Translations under genes and position numbers: made by a program
In this document: piece after piece, positions 12,230-26,039 of the stretch
How the letters are laid out: the number at the start of each line of letters is the position of its first letter
How positions within the stretch are numbered: the first letter of the stretch is position 1
The notes under the pieces: generated by a model
Told to the model about the DNA's origin: nothing
Databases searched by the model: none
The model's input: only the letters and a program-made list of their open reading frames with translations
Origin: Octopus sinensis
Lineage: Eukaryota
Assembly (NCBI RefSeq): GCF_006345805.1
Contig: NC_042998.1
Coordinates: forward strand, 188,418,001 to 188,482,000
Length of the DNA: 64,000 nucleotides
Direction of reading: 5' to 3'

Positions 12230-12819
12230 ACGCTGGTGTGTTTACGTCCCCGTAATTCAGCCATTTATCAAAAGACACCAGTAGGATGAATACAATTAAA
12301 CGATAAAAGATAAAGCATTTTGTTTGCATATTTAAAACTTTACCCTGGGTAAAACGTCTTATACCCAAGGTAAAGTAATAAACCTTTTATTGCTTGGCGA
12401 CGAAATGCTAAAATTGAATTTCATGGATAGTTTATTGGACTTGCTGTCACGTAATCAAATCCTAATAGTATCTGTTAAACTAGATGAAGCTTGGTACCCA
12501 AGAACTGAAAGTTGTCCTACTGCATCGTGACTAATATATTTCATACTAAATTGTTATTTTATATGCATCATAGAGCTATCTTTTGCTATACTGTATTAAA
12601 TGTTCTAAAGGTTATAATCTATTACAACTGCTATACTAAGCATATATTACACACCAATATTTCTATTTGGTACATTGGAAGCGGTGGAAATTAGTTTCTT
12701 TGTGTGTGCATGTACATATATATATTATAATATTAGGGAATATAATTCCAAACTTACAGGGAAAAATTAAATTTAGAAATAGTAAATCAAATTTCACAAA
12801 ATATTATATATAGATGTGC

Positions 12820-14910
12820 TTGCTTAACACTTTTTCTTTTTACTGTATTCCCGTATTTTAATTGGGATCTATGTACCGTCATCCTCTGGCGTAGAGTGCT
12901 TTTAGTTTGACTAATATATTCTTATCGACACCCTGAACAAGTTAATACATATATTAGGTTTTTCAGAAGCACATATGAAGTTGTTTTTCACTGTAAAACG
13001 TTGGCCCTGTTTGAAGGAGAATTACGATCTCTCAATTAGGTTGACACATATACCACAGATAGGTCTTCTTCGGCATTTTTTTTACTGTCGGTTTCAATGT
13101 TGTGGACGAGTGTACTTGGGCCTGTGTTAGAAGACTTTTCATTGACTTGTGCTCTCTTTTGCTGTTTATGATGGTGTGCGTTTGGATGATTTGATCCATT
13201 CTATGATCCCTTTGTAGTAAAGGGATGTTTGGGAGGATGGTGTCGAAGGCCTCTTTGTTTAGGGGGTTGTGTGTGGATATGTTTGGTAGGGCTTTTGGTT
13301 GTAAACCCTTCTTTAGTTTGGGGTGTCTGAGTTCGTGGATGTTGAGTTGTAGGGCACGCTGAAAACCTAAATCAATCAGTGATGGTGGGTAGTTCCTGCT
13401 GATGAGTGTATCCTTTAGCTCATTTAGTCATGTGTCCCTGATGCTTGTATCACATACTATAGTACAAATCCTTGCCAGGTTGTAAGGGGTATTCATTCAA
13501 ATGTGTCTTGGGTGGAATGAGTTGAACGGCAGATATTGCTTGGAGTCCGTGGGCTTATAGTTTATGTGTCTGTTTCTATTTTGTTATTGGATTTCTCAAT
13601 GAGGATGTCGAGGAATGGAAGTTGTTGATGGCTATATTCCATCGTAAATTAGATGTTTATATCAGATCCATTCAGAAGTGTTTGAAAGTCTCTTGATACT
13701 TTTGTGTCAAAGAATGAAAAAGTTATCTAGATATCTTTTCCAGTTATATTTTTATGTAGAGGGAGAATGCGTTTCCATATTTTTCTAGTACTTTACGGTA
13801 AAGATTGATTTTTAGGTACCCCATGACTAGGTTTGCAAAGGAGGGGGGCATTCGCGTGCCCATCGCAATCCCCAATGCTGTCGATAGAAGTTGTCATTAA
13901 ATACGAAGAAGTTATTCTCAATTGTAGCCCTTCTATTACGAATTCTTTTTTGATGCAGTGTGGGAGTTCATTGGAGTAATTCTGTAGCCAGAATTGAATT
14001 GCCTATATCCTAGGCTGTGGGGGGATGCTGGAATAGAGGTTGACTACACCAAACGATACCAGTAGGGTGTTTTATTTATTGTTTCAGGGAGGTGATTGAG
14101 CATATCTAGGTCGTCCATTATGTAGCTTTTGATATGCTTGAGGAATGGCTTTAAGAGGGAGTCTAAAATGTTACTGAGACGGTGAGTTTCGCATGCAGGG
14201 CCTGCTATTATAGGTCTCAATGTGAGGTCATTAGGAATAGGTACCTTGACTATTATGTCTGTGGCTCCCCTGCATGCGTTACTTATATTTTCAGTTTTGT
14301 GTATCTTAGGAATACCGTAGAATTGACTGGATTTACTATTGAAGTTAGTCATATAGTCAGATTCCTTGTCGGTGAGCCCTAATCTGTATAGGTTTAACAT
14401 TGTTTTTAGGCTTCTCATTATTTTCTGCTGACTGTGGTGTTGTACCTTTTCGTAATATGTTATGTCTTCTAATATGGATAGTACTAGGGTTATATAATAT
14501 ACCGTGTCCATTAAGACTACTGCACTCCCTTTATCAATCTCTTAGATTGTTATTGTTTTATCACCCTTTAATCTGTTCAGCTCAGCCCATTCTTTTTTGA
14601 TGAAGTTTGGCTTGTATTTTTGTTTGTGTGTATATGTTGATATGGGTAATTCGTGATGTGTTCACAGAAATGATCAAGAATTTTGTTCTTAACTTTTGAT
14701 GAGGTGTAGTTACTTTTATTTCGGACTAACGATTCTTCCTTGTTGTGTTTGTCGTATACTTCCTCGGTGATTTGTAATTTTCAACAGAATTCCGCAACGT
14801 CTTCTTTCATTTCGTTGTAGTTGGGGCGTTAGGGTGGGTGTAAATTTGAGCCCTTTGGAGAGATTGTTGATTTGGTCTGGTGCTAGTTCTTGGATGGGGA
14901 TTGATAAGTG
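12820..14910 (-). mobile_element. Penelope-like element, Neptune-like, RT plus C-terminal GIY-YIG; inactive
   Basis: Motifs in order: LSKGLKFTPT; FYGIPKIHK...LRPIIAG; GIAMGTRMPPSFANLVMGYL; WKRYLDN (YLDD mutated); QLPFLDIL; YKPTDSKQYLPFNSFHPRH; SRNYPPSLI; linker C-x5-C-x2-C (CRRRPICGIC); NLIYVLTCSGCR*EYISQTKSTLRQRMTVHRSQ. Contains stops and frameshifts. Confidence 0.92.
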
Positions 14911-14987
14911 TCCCTATATCCCATGTTCGATGTTGGATGATGACTAAAAAGTGTATCCCTATATCTCATGTGTCGATGTGGTGCTTG

Positions 14988-15303
14988 TAGCTTGCTTACC
15001 AACCACATGGTTCCGGGTTCAGTCCCACTGGGTGGCACCTTGAACAAGTGTCTTCGATAACTTCGGGCCGACCAAAGACTTGTGAGTGGATTTGGTAGAC
15101 AGAAACTGAAAGAAGCCCGTCGTATATATGTATATATATATGTATGTGTGTGTATATGTTTGTGTGTCTGCGTTTGTCCCCCCCAACATCACTTGACAAC
15201 CGATGCGGGTATGTTTACGTTTCCGTATTCTATCGGCAAAAAAGAGCGATAGAATAAGTACTAGGCTTACAAAGAATTAGTCCTGGGGTCGATTTGCTCG
15301 ACT
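14988..15303 (+). mobile_element. SINE A lacking the A-box head, fused to a 43-nt foreign segment
   Basis: Begins at TAGCTTGCTTACCAACCAC, preceded by TAAAAAGTGTATCCCTATATCTCATGTGTCGATGTGGTGCTTG. Confidence 0.85.
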
Positions 15304-15716
15304 GAACATTTTCACATTTTCAAGCTGTCCTTGACAATCGGTCGGAAACGCGGAACTAAGAAAGATTAAACATTTAAACTTTTGCTTAATAAACATATTT
15401 TGTTGCACTATTTTCTGAAATTAGTGCTCCCTTATTAATTTTCTTATTTACACTGTCTTCTATTAAAGTGTTTGTACACTCACATGAAACATGTTTACAC
15501 ACACACACAGAGGGACAAACAAGTGCGTGCGCATACACACACACTCACGCAAACACACACATTACGACCGCTATTGAAGCATAATAGAAATAGCATATGA
15601 ACAAACTAGTAATTACGTGTCATTTTGTCAGTGCGCGCGCATTTACGCGTGTCTTTGCATGGAAATATGTCAGTTTGTTTCTCAATGCGTGCGTATAGGA
15701 ATATATGTATAATATG

Positions 15717-15734
<18 letters not shown>

Positions 15735-15749
<15 letters not shown>

Positions 15750-15968
15750 ATATGTTTGCGGGTCTGTGTTTGTCCCCCCAATATCACTTGACAACCGATG
15801 CTGGTGTGCTTACGTCCCCGTAACTTAGCGGTTCGGCAAAAGAGACCGATAAAATAAGTACTAGGCTTACAATGAATAAGTCCTGGGGTGGATTTGCTCG
15901 ACTAAAGGCAGTGCTCCAGCATGGCCGCTGTCAAATGACTGAAACAAGTAAAAGAGTAAAGAGTAAAA
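15735..15968 (+). mobile_element. SINE A, 3' module only
   Basis: Matches the SINE A 3' half including the AAAAGAGT tail repeats. Confidence 0.85.
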
Positions 15969-16159
15969 AGATTATGCTAAACATGACTACATGTAATTGT
16001 CATCGAATGCTTTTGCATGCTTTCATGTACATGTAAAGGTGACATACATGAACGTATTTAAATATGTGCACAAGTAAATTTTACTTCCAATTGCGGAAAT
16101 TTCGAAGATATATCAAGGATTGCGTGAACGTGAATATTCTTTTCTGATTTGTTCTGTCC

Positions 16160-16246
<87 letters not shown>
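16160..16246. repeat. (CTAT)n microsatellite
   Basis: Visible directly. Confidence 0.95.
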
Positions 16247-16248
<2 letters not shown>

Positions 16249-16931
16249 GTTAGCTAGCTACCGACCCACATACATATATGTGTGTGCGCTCGCACGCGTG
16301 TATATGTATGTATATGTTTGCTTTTCTTTGTGTGTGTGTGTGTGCTTGCGTTTGACATAGTGAATTTGTGTGTAAGTGGTCGAAATTATATAGATGTAGT
16401 AATGTGAAGGACGAGAAGAGTGAAAGTGCCTTTTATCTTTTCTGATTGAGATACCACAGATTCCTACCAGCTATGAATTTTGAGTAGAACGTCGGATTAT
16501 TTCAATCTGCAATTGCCAGCACATAGTAACATCTTAGTAAGCAAACATTGTAAATAATGTCAGACCCGTTGAAGTAGCCCGAAACTATCTCGAGATGTCG
16601 GTGGCATCTGCATAGACACTCGATAAAATTTAGAAGGGAATTGTTCAATAGAAATAGAAAGCTCTTAAATTATATAGCTGGAAGAGTGTAGAGAAAAGAT
16701 AGGAAGATAGTGCATTTGCTTGTGAGTCTGTGCGTTTCTGTGCTACGCGTAATTGTGTTAATGGTGGCCGTGGTGCTGATGCGTTGTGATGAATGATTTT
16801 ATTAGAAGCACATCGTTTATGACAGGAAGTTGAATTTAGATTACAAAATTGGACGAAAAGTCCAACAACACTGCCAGACTCTCGGTCAAACGCGGATGTG
16901 ATATGTCACTGCTTATATATAAGTATATATG

Positions 16932-16964
<33 letters not shown>

Positions 16965-18184
16965 GTATATATATATTTCTACATAAATATAGAAAAATAA
17001 ATATACATACGTTTATGACATTGATGATACGTGACTTCATAAAATATGAATAAATGTTCCGGATTGTACGCGCAAATTTGCTTAAATGATGATACATATA
17101 TTCATATTTAGATAAACTTATAATTTTCTGAGTACATCTCCCCCACTCTCTCTCTCATGCACACATACACACGCACACACACACACAAAAATAGCACAGA
17201 CACACAGACGCACAGACGCACACACACACACAAACATACACATGTATATACATACAGCCTGACAAGGAGCCAACCAAAACAGCAATCCCTATCAACCTTC
17301 CCTTGTAAAAATAAATGTGATATTCTACTTAAATACATTGAGCGATTCTTTAAATAATAACTTAACACTTTTATATAATTATACGTAAAAATAAACATTA
17401 AGAAACATGTGTATGCCATGTGTGTGTGTATATATATATATTCACACACAAACACACAAACACACACACACACATGTATGCAGGTGTCAGTCAAGTTGTC
17501 AGCACTTACTCTCAATACACACACATACACACACATTAATATATGGAAAGATAGAGAATGTGAGAAGAGAGCCAGCGACTGATAAACTATAGCGCATTGT
17601 GGCATACATATATGCATATGTGATGAATATGATATACAATACTAGGTATATGAATATTTAAATATTCGAACCTTCTTTATTTCAGTATTCTAATTCCTGC
17701 TGATTCAGTCTCCACTCAATTTTTGTACTACATAAAGAATATGTTATACAAGCACGTGTGTGTGTGTGTGGTGTGTGTGTGTGTGTGTGTGGGCATACAC
17801 ATACATACACACACATTTACATAAGCTCACCTTGTGTGGAAATGCTATTTACGATGTATTTTAATTTAACTTTTAACACCTTAATCAATGCTTATAATTT
17901 CAGTTGCATGGTTAATTCATGTATATTAATTTCATGCAAAATGTCATTCTTCAATATCACCAAACTATCGATTTTCTAGTTACAAAGCAAAATTTTGTTT
18001 GGGAGGGTTATAAGCAACAGAATCAATCTAAATATTTTACTAGTGTTTATTTTATCGACTTCATGACATGAAGGCTGAAGTTAGATTCCGCCTGGATTCA
18101 GGGACATAAAAATTGGAGTTAATTATTGTATTTAGTTAAGCTAAGTGGTATCTCTCTCATCTCCATATGCACTCTCACTCTTTC

Positions 18185-18276
18185 TTATATATATATATAT
18201 ACACACACACACATATATATATATAATTATATATATGTATGTATATATATATATATATATATATAATTAATATATG

Positions 18277-18313
<37 letters not shown>

Positions 18314-18329
18314 TTATATATATATATGT

Positions 18330-18360
<31 letters not shown>

Positions 18361-18560
18361 TATGTATGTATGTATATATATATATATATTATATATATAT
18401 ATATATATAATATATATAATAATATATATATATATATATAATTATATATATATATATTATATATATATATTATATATATATATATATATATAAATAATTA
18501 TATATATGTATATATATATATATATCTATATATATATATAATTATATATATATATGTATG

Positions 18561-18592
<32 letters not shown>

Positions 18593-18606
18593 TATATAGA
18601 TATATA

Positions 18607-18660
<54 letters not shown>
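18185..18660. repeat. About 480-bp interrupted (TA)n tract
   Basis: Visible directly. Confidence 0.95.
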
Positions 18661-18662
<2 letters not shown>

Positions 18663-19588
18663 TGCGTGGGAGAACAGACGAATAAAAGTGGCACTTAACA
18701 TACATTTAGATGTTTATGTATTTTAATATCAGGGAGATCCCGCTCCACACTATTTAAATTTTCGGAGCCTAGAATACGTCCACATCTTGAGATGTACGGA
18801 GTCAAATAAGAGAACATTTCGAAAAAGAAAAAAAATATTTCAAATGGATACAAGATAAGAATATTTAATCTTTGGGTGGTGTTTTGATGTCAAGTGGGTG
18901 GTCCAGCAAGCTAGCGACAACAGTTCTTCCATTACATATTTTACGATGTAGTGTAGTTGTCCAGTTAATAATAATCATCGTTAGCAACCACTGTAGGTAA
19001 ACTGTTTGCTTTGTTTTGCTTTATTTTTCATTCATTTTTTCTTACTTGCATTGTTAGCAAGTCGGAATGGTTCATATAATCAGCTAACTTTTCTGGCATA
19101 CATTAATACACACGTACATATATACATTGTTTTTAAAGGAAGATAATCTCGATAAATCATGCGTTCGTCTTGTATGATATTGCATTTTCGCATCTTTATT
19201 TTCCATATTCATTATACTGGCCACTCTAAGTTATTTATTTCTTTTAGTTCAATTTGTTTAGACTGTGTAAGTTATTCTATAGCATAAATGTTTATTTACT
19301 ATCCTTTTTGTATATGTTTTATATATCACGTCTACTGAAATCAAGATATATTATTAACTACTGTGTCGATGACGCCTATTTGGCAGAGACACTTGCTCCC
19401 AGTTGTCTTCTGGTCTCCAAACAACCAAACTATCTTTTCACGTCAATTTCAGAGAATGTTTTGATTTTTGAGATTATATACCCTTCTCATTTGGAGTTGA
19501 TCGCAATTGCCCCAAGGCATTTTGTTTACTTTTCTCACGAAGAGTTCATCTCGTATGGTATTTAATATACCATTATTATTCTTAATCA

Positions 19589-19631
<43 letters not shown>

Positions 19632-20771
19632 GTGTATATATATATATGAAACATACAAACATAACATACGCGCATAAATTACATTTCTCATTTTGGAAAA
19701 ATGTTTCATAAGTGTGGATTCATCCATCAATTTCTGGTTAGGGTACTTCTTATTGGTCGTTAAGAAAATTGTTCTGTATAAATGAAAATGAGTTACGATA
19801 GCGAATATGGTACTGGCTTTGCTAAATCATGAGGAAGACTAATTTGCGTGTATTCATTGACAAGGAGACTACTGCTCAACGTTAATCCTAGTCCGGAATT
19901 CGAATTTTAGAGGCCCGGCTCAGGCTATATGACCTGCAGAAACTTCTTCAAAAGTAAATCCCATCTGTTTTCACTGTTGGACAAGACCTTGACTTTTATT
20001 TTTATTATAGATTATTATAAGCTGCTTCAATGTTAGGTAGGCGACTCTACCGTTAAGCAATCAGCTGGAATACGGATTAGATCTGACTAAAATATTTTAA
20101 TAGTTTCAAGATGACAATTGAAGTTGAATCTGTGAAGAAGTGTTTCCGAAGTGATGTTTTCTAGCCACGAATAGATCACCGTCATGTATGTGCGCCTTAA
20201 AGGACTCGTGTATTATGTACTTTGATAGAAAATATTGTTCTACGAGGGATGAGATATTCTTGTATATGCAGAAACAACTACTTATGAGGAGATGTTAATC
20301 AGACCTTTCCCTTTCATAATTTCTCTGATTTGAGGTGATGAAGGTGCCTTTTGTATAAGCTACCGCTTCGTTTTGAGGGACCCACTCTGTTACAAATAGA
20401 TAGTCGAGGGATAGATTGATGACTCTCCTATTTTTCAGCTAATTATAAGCAGTGATGCTAGAATGTTTCAGGATTCATAGAATTTCATCATTTGCCTTCC
20501 CAAAAGGGCAGTTCTTACATATCATAATTTGTATTGTTCTAGAAGTTCGCTGGTTTTAATTTGGTACCAATAGTTATATCTAAGTCACCTCTTTGGATAT
20601 GTCTTCCAGTTTATTACTATATGAGAGTGCCGCATGAAAGTAACAAACCAGCGAATGAACTCGATGATTGGGCTCATCATCTATTTAAATAGGTGAAGCG
20701 AGCTTCCAAAATGTCAGCAGAAGCTTGTCAATGCTGCGTAGTCCACCCTGAAATGTTTAATTTTATATCTC

Positions 20772-21167
20772 ACTAGCAGTATCGCCCGGCGTTGCTCGGG
20801 TTTGTAAGGGAAATAACCATATAAGCATTTTTAGAGAGTTATAGCCAAAAAATAGCAAAAAAATGCATTAAAAATGGAAAAAAATGATGGTAATTTTTTA
20901 AAAAATTCGTTGACTCATCATAGACATTTTTAGAGAGTTACTTCCCTTATATAATAGCGAAAAATGCATTAAAGTGGAAAAAATGATGGTAAATTTTTTT
21001 TTAATCGTAGACTCATCGTAGACGCGCGCTAATACCCAGAAGGGCTCGATATGAATCACGACTATAAGATACCCGGTTTTGGTTAAACTGCACCGCAAAA
21101 TGTGGGAGTAGTTAGGAATCTAAATCGTAGGAGACAGGCACACAACCTCTCTTTTATATATAAAGAT
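20772..21167 (+). mobile_element. Non-autonomous Helitron/Helentron-like element (HINE, DINE-1/Lep1-like architecture)
   Basis: 5' ACTAGCAGTATCGCCCGGCGTTGCTCGGGT with a short subterminal stem-loop; 3' CACACAACCTCTCTTTTATATATAAAGAT; internal tandem duplication of about 100 bp; non-coding. Confidence 0.6.
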
Positions 21168-21612
21168 ATCATTGAGATACTTTAATACTGTTCATCATAA
21201 CGACGTTTTCCACTGTGCATATACTAAATTCCGTTGAGTTCATGCATTATTTACTTCACTCGGATAAATTTCATATTCACTCGTAGCGTTTTCCTTATTC
21301 AGCCGTCAGATATAATTAGAAAAGGCTGTCGTTATACTTTTATCAATATGCTTGAAGAAAGCAATGTGTTTGCCTATCGATACTTGAACTTGCACTTGTA
21401 CTCTACCACTTCTATGTAATGTTTAGTATCAACTGATCAATTTCATTTGGCAGCAGTAACTTTGGAGGCTTACCTTAAGTCAGTATCTCCGCAGGTACAC
21501 AATTTTATTGCCAGCTCTTGCTGCTTTTTGTGTTATGAGAGAATCCAGATATGTTTTTGGAAAATTTGAGTGAATTTAAACATGCTCGTATCTACCTATC
21601 TACCTCTCTACC

Positions 21613-21748
21613 TATGTATGTATGTATGTATGTATGTATGTATGTATGTATGTATGTATGTATGTATGTATGTATGTATATATGCATGCATGCACGCATG
21701 TATGTATGTATGTATGTATGTATGTATGTATGTATGTATGTATGTATG

Positions 21749-21800
<52 letters not shown>
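21613..21800. repeat. (TATG)n-(TATC)n compound microsatellite
   Basis: Visible directly. Confidence 0.95.
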
Positions 21801-21934
21801 CCCCGAAGTGAGGTAGATATTTCTTATCACTTATACATAGATATTTTCCAATCAATCATAAATATAGAAAGCTCTTTAATAGGCACAACTTAAAAATTAA
21901 TTTTTCCTACTACTAATTTTAAAAATATAATTGC

Positions 21935-22400
21935 ACACAGCACACAAAAACAGCAAAATGAAGCCGGCTGTTCTTGCAGAGTTAAAAATTTGTGTCTGCT
22001 AATTGGAGCTTGTATAACCGAGGCCATCATTTATGAAGCCACCGTAGATTCTACAGAGTTTCGTCAAAGAAATATGTGGGTCCCACTGAGGAAAATTTTA
22101 AAGCCAGCTCCAACAATCACACCTTAAGCTTCAGACACGGGGTTAAAAGGAAAACAATCAAATTATCCAGTTATATATATGGTCCTTAAAAGATAAATGT
22201 CAGCTATAAGATCTTGGCCAAATGTAAGCCCTACACCAACAGTGGAAAAGTGTGGGCTCTGTGGTATGGAAAGCTGGAAAAGTTCTTTAGACCCCGCTAC
22301 ACGTCTAAGTTCAAGAACTGAACTTTTGGGGTCATGTCCACATATAGCAAAACATTTGCTACGTTTTTGGACCCCTCAAGATCACAGATAGAACCTGATT
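21935..22400 (+). mobile_element. Penelope/Poseidon-type PLE GIY-YIG domain, frameshifted
   Basis: GCSCRVKNLCLLIGACITEAIIYEATVDS...KKYVGPTEENFK...NHTLSFRH...LSSYIWSLK...YKILAKCKPY...RTELLGSCPHIAKHLL. Confidence 0.85.
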
Positions 22401-22880
22401 TTTATATTATGCCCACGTACAAGCCTTTCATATGTCTTAACATCTCATATATTTCTTACATATATTTTATTGCTTTATGTATTTTTTCTCTATATTATCT
22501 TTCACCCTTTATAATTATGTAATATTATACCTAATGTATATGTGAGTGCATATATACATGTGTACGAATGATTGTATGTATACGAGTGCAAGACTCTACC
22601 TGTTGTACCTGTCTCCTCTCTTCATACATATATGTATATATATACGTTTATACATCTGCAGGTGTAGTTGTGTATATAGACAGTAGGGTGTATTTGTGTA
22701 TATACATATATAACTCATTTGTATATTCAAGTTTTGCTGCGAATGTGTGTGTTTTACGGTTTATGTTTTTTGCGTATGTGTGTGCATGTTCGTATAGACT
22801 ACGTTTTGTATATCCGCGTATGTATATATATAGTATATAAAAAGTGTGTCCCTATATCTCATATGTGGATGTGGTGCTTG

Positions 22881-23249
22881 TAGCTTGCTTACCAACCACA
22901 TGGTTCCGGGTTCAGTCCTACTGCGTGGCACCTTGGGTAAGTGTTTTCTACCATAGCCTCGGGCCGACCAAAGCCTTGTGAGTGGATTTGGTAGACGGAA
23001 ACTGAAATAAGCCCGTCGTATATATATATATATATATAAGTGTGTGTGTGTGTGTGTATATGTTTGTTTGTCAGTGTTTGTCCTCCCAACATCGCTTGAC
23101 AACCGATGCTGGTGTGTTTACGTCCCCGTAACTTAGCGGTTCGTCAAAAGAGTCCGATAGAATAAGTACTAGGCTTAGAAAGAATAAGTCCTAGGGTCGA
23201 TTTGCTCAAGCATAGCAGCAATCAAATGACTGAAACAAGTAAAAGAGTA
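22881..23249 (+). mobile_element. SINE A lacking the A-box head, fused to the same 43-nt segment as 14945-14987
   Basis: 22838-22880 matches 14945-14987 with 3 mismatches and has the same junction. Confidence 0.85.
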
Positions 23250-23599
23250 TGTAGCCACTCTACCAAACGTATTGAGCTCTATATCAGATAATGTTTGGAA
23301 AACGCAGCTTCCAAATTTTCCAAGGAAATGAACTGCGCTACAGAAACTTTTAACTGTATTGATGAGAATATACTATTTCATTTCATTTCATTTTCTCGGA
23401 AAATTTTCAAGACTTTGTATCTGTATATAAATAACTACCGAACAATGCTTTCCTTTCTGCTGATCAAGCTTACTATTATCACTAACACACATACACGCAC
23501 GCGCATATATATATGATGGCTGTTTACTTTTAGAAAGTGTACGTGTAGAATCATAGGATCATCACTGAAACATGCTATATGAATGTGTGTGTATATGCA

Positions 23600-23631
23600 T
23601 AGATAGATAGATAGATCGATAGATAGATAGC

Positions 23632-23666
<35 letters not shown>

Positions 23667-23696
23667 AGATAGATAGATAGATAAAGATAGATAGAT

Positions 23697-23727
<31 letters not shown>

Positions 23728-23770
23728 AAGATAGATAGATAGATAGATAGATAAAGATAGATAGATAGAT

Positions 23771-23804
<34 letters not shown>

Positions 23805-23844
23805 TGAGATAGATAGATAGATAGATAAAGATAGATAGATAGAT

Positions 23845-23878
<34 letters not shown>

Positions 23879-23910
23879 TGAGATAGATAGATAGATAGAT
23901 AGATAGACAG
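23600..23910. repeat. (GATA)n microsatellite with periodic GATAAA variants
   Basis: Visible directly. Confidence 0.95.
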
Positions 23911-24335
23911 ATTCTAGTAATAAGAACTCAATATTGGTATCAAATTTTGGCACAAGGCCAATAATTTCGGGAGAGGGAATAAGTTAATTACATCCATCTT
24001 AGTATTGAACTGGTACTTATTTTATAGACCCCCGAATTTGTACTCAGCACGTAAAGATGGACTAAATTCAGGTAGGGAGTTTTTTTCCCGGTACGGTACT
24101 GATCCTAAGAAAATCCAGCATTTACAGTCTTCTTAGAGCAGGATTTTAGAAGACGTGAGTCGTATTATCTGACCTTGTTATATGATGGCATTAAAAGAAA
24201 ACAAAAATAATACAAGTGTATATGTAAGAATTTTAGGTTTGCGTAGTATAAAATGCACTCGTTCAGCCCCTTAATTCGTTCCGTTCAGTTTATTTTATGT
24301 CGAACCAGAGACAAGGAGACTTGGATGCATATGCG

Positions 24336-24380
<45 letters not shown>

Positions 24381-24474
24381 GATATATAGATATATACGTA
24401 CATTCATATATACGTGCATACACACATGCGATTGTAGGTGTATCCGTGTATGTTTGTGTTTGTGTCTCAGTGTG

Positions 24475-24626
<152 letters not shown>

Positions 24627-26039
24627 TTATATAAAAGAATGCCAAAATATTCACAAACGCGCGATTAATAAATATCCATTTAGCGTTGCTATGTAAATAG
24701 ATCCCGTTGTTAATTAACAGAACTCCCTCTGAAGAACGGATGCAAGAACATCCCGACTTCTCGTTAGAAGTGGTTATATCATGCGACGTAAAGCAAGAAG
24801 GAAAGAGAGAGAGAGAGAGAAGAAAAGTGAGAGAGGAGGTCAGGCTGACAGAGAAAGATAGATTATAGCAAAGAACTACATATATGTAAAATGGGATGAA
24901 GAGTTGTCACTGTTTTGGTCATTTGCATATTAGTACATTTGTTGGCGTCTGGCCTTAATTAAGTATTGAGACAACGTGTTTATGAATAAAATTGTAAATA
25001 AAGGCAGATATGCGGCTTAACCACGGGATCTGCTGACATTGCAAGTCCAAAGCATGTTTATTAAAGAAATGTATAAACATGCGCTCTGTCAGATTTATGG
25101 ATAATATCAAAAAAATATATGGTTTAAACATAGAGTACAATTTCTGAGTGAGACAAGTGTTATGCGTATTGAACATAAACATATGAATATATAAATATAC
25201 TAAGAGTAAGAATTATTGAAAATATAAATTTATACCAGTGGCCAGTATGTGTAAAAATTGTCCGTAGATTGTAAATTATTTTTATACATAAATGTGTATA
25301 ACCATAGGTAATTATACACTAAGAGGAAAACCAGTAAGAGTTTCTTTGAAGCTGTCAGATCTTCAGACCACGAAAAATACATACTAATACATGGCGCGTT
25401 GCATGTAATCGGGCAAGTCAATTTGAAAAAATTAAAAGGACCAGTTATTCCTATACCTCGAAGTTTCACCATTAATGATTAAACAATTATCTGTGGATCT
25501 TCAGTGGCGCGTTGTTTGAAGACATTTGGAGTGAATTGAATTCATGGTGTATAACGGTAGAACTCGATATGCACATGTGTCCTTTGAGATATTGTATGCA
25601 TTTGAGTTTTATAATTATACATCTCCAGCTATTGACGCGACAACACTTCATGAGCTAAGAGATTTCCCGGTGTTTGTAAATGTGTGGTTGAGTTGGTGTG
25701 TTGATGGAGCTGACGATGCACACATCCAAGTATGTGCATCTGTTCACCTAAACAATCTCAGACGAAGAATCTTTGGGATATCTAACCTAGATCAAAGCTC
25801 CTTCGTCGGAATTTCAACATCAACAACAGGGTATTTTTTTTTGTATGTATGTATGTATGTATGTATGTATGTATGTATGTATGTATACGTGCAGAATTGT
25901 ATGTTTTGTTTTATGCATGTATTCTCATGAATACAGTTGCATATCTGGGCATGCTCATATATATTTAAATGATAAACTGGTAATTTTTACAGATTTTTAC
26001 AGTTCCAGTGACGGATTGGATCTGCAGTCTTCGAATTAG

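Noticed and set aside
12820-14910. Stop-codon read-through or selenocysteine recoding in the PLE
   Set aside because: The stops are of mixed types, frameshifts are also present and the catalytic YLDD is YLDN; this is ordinary decay.
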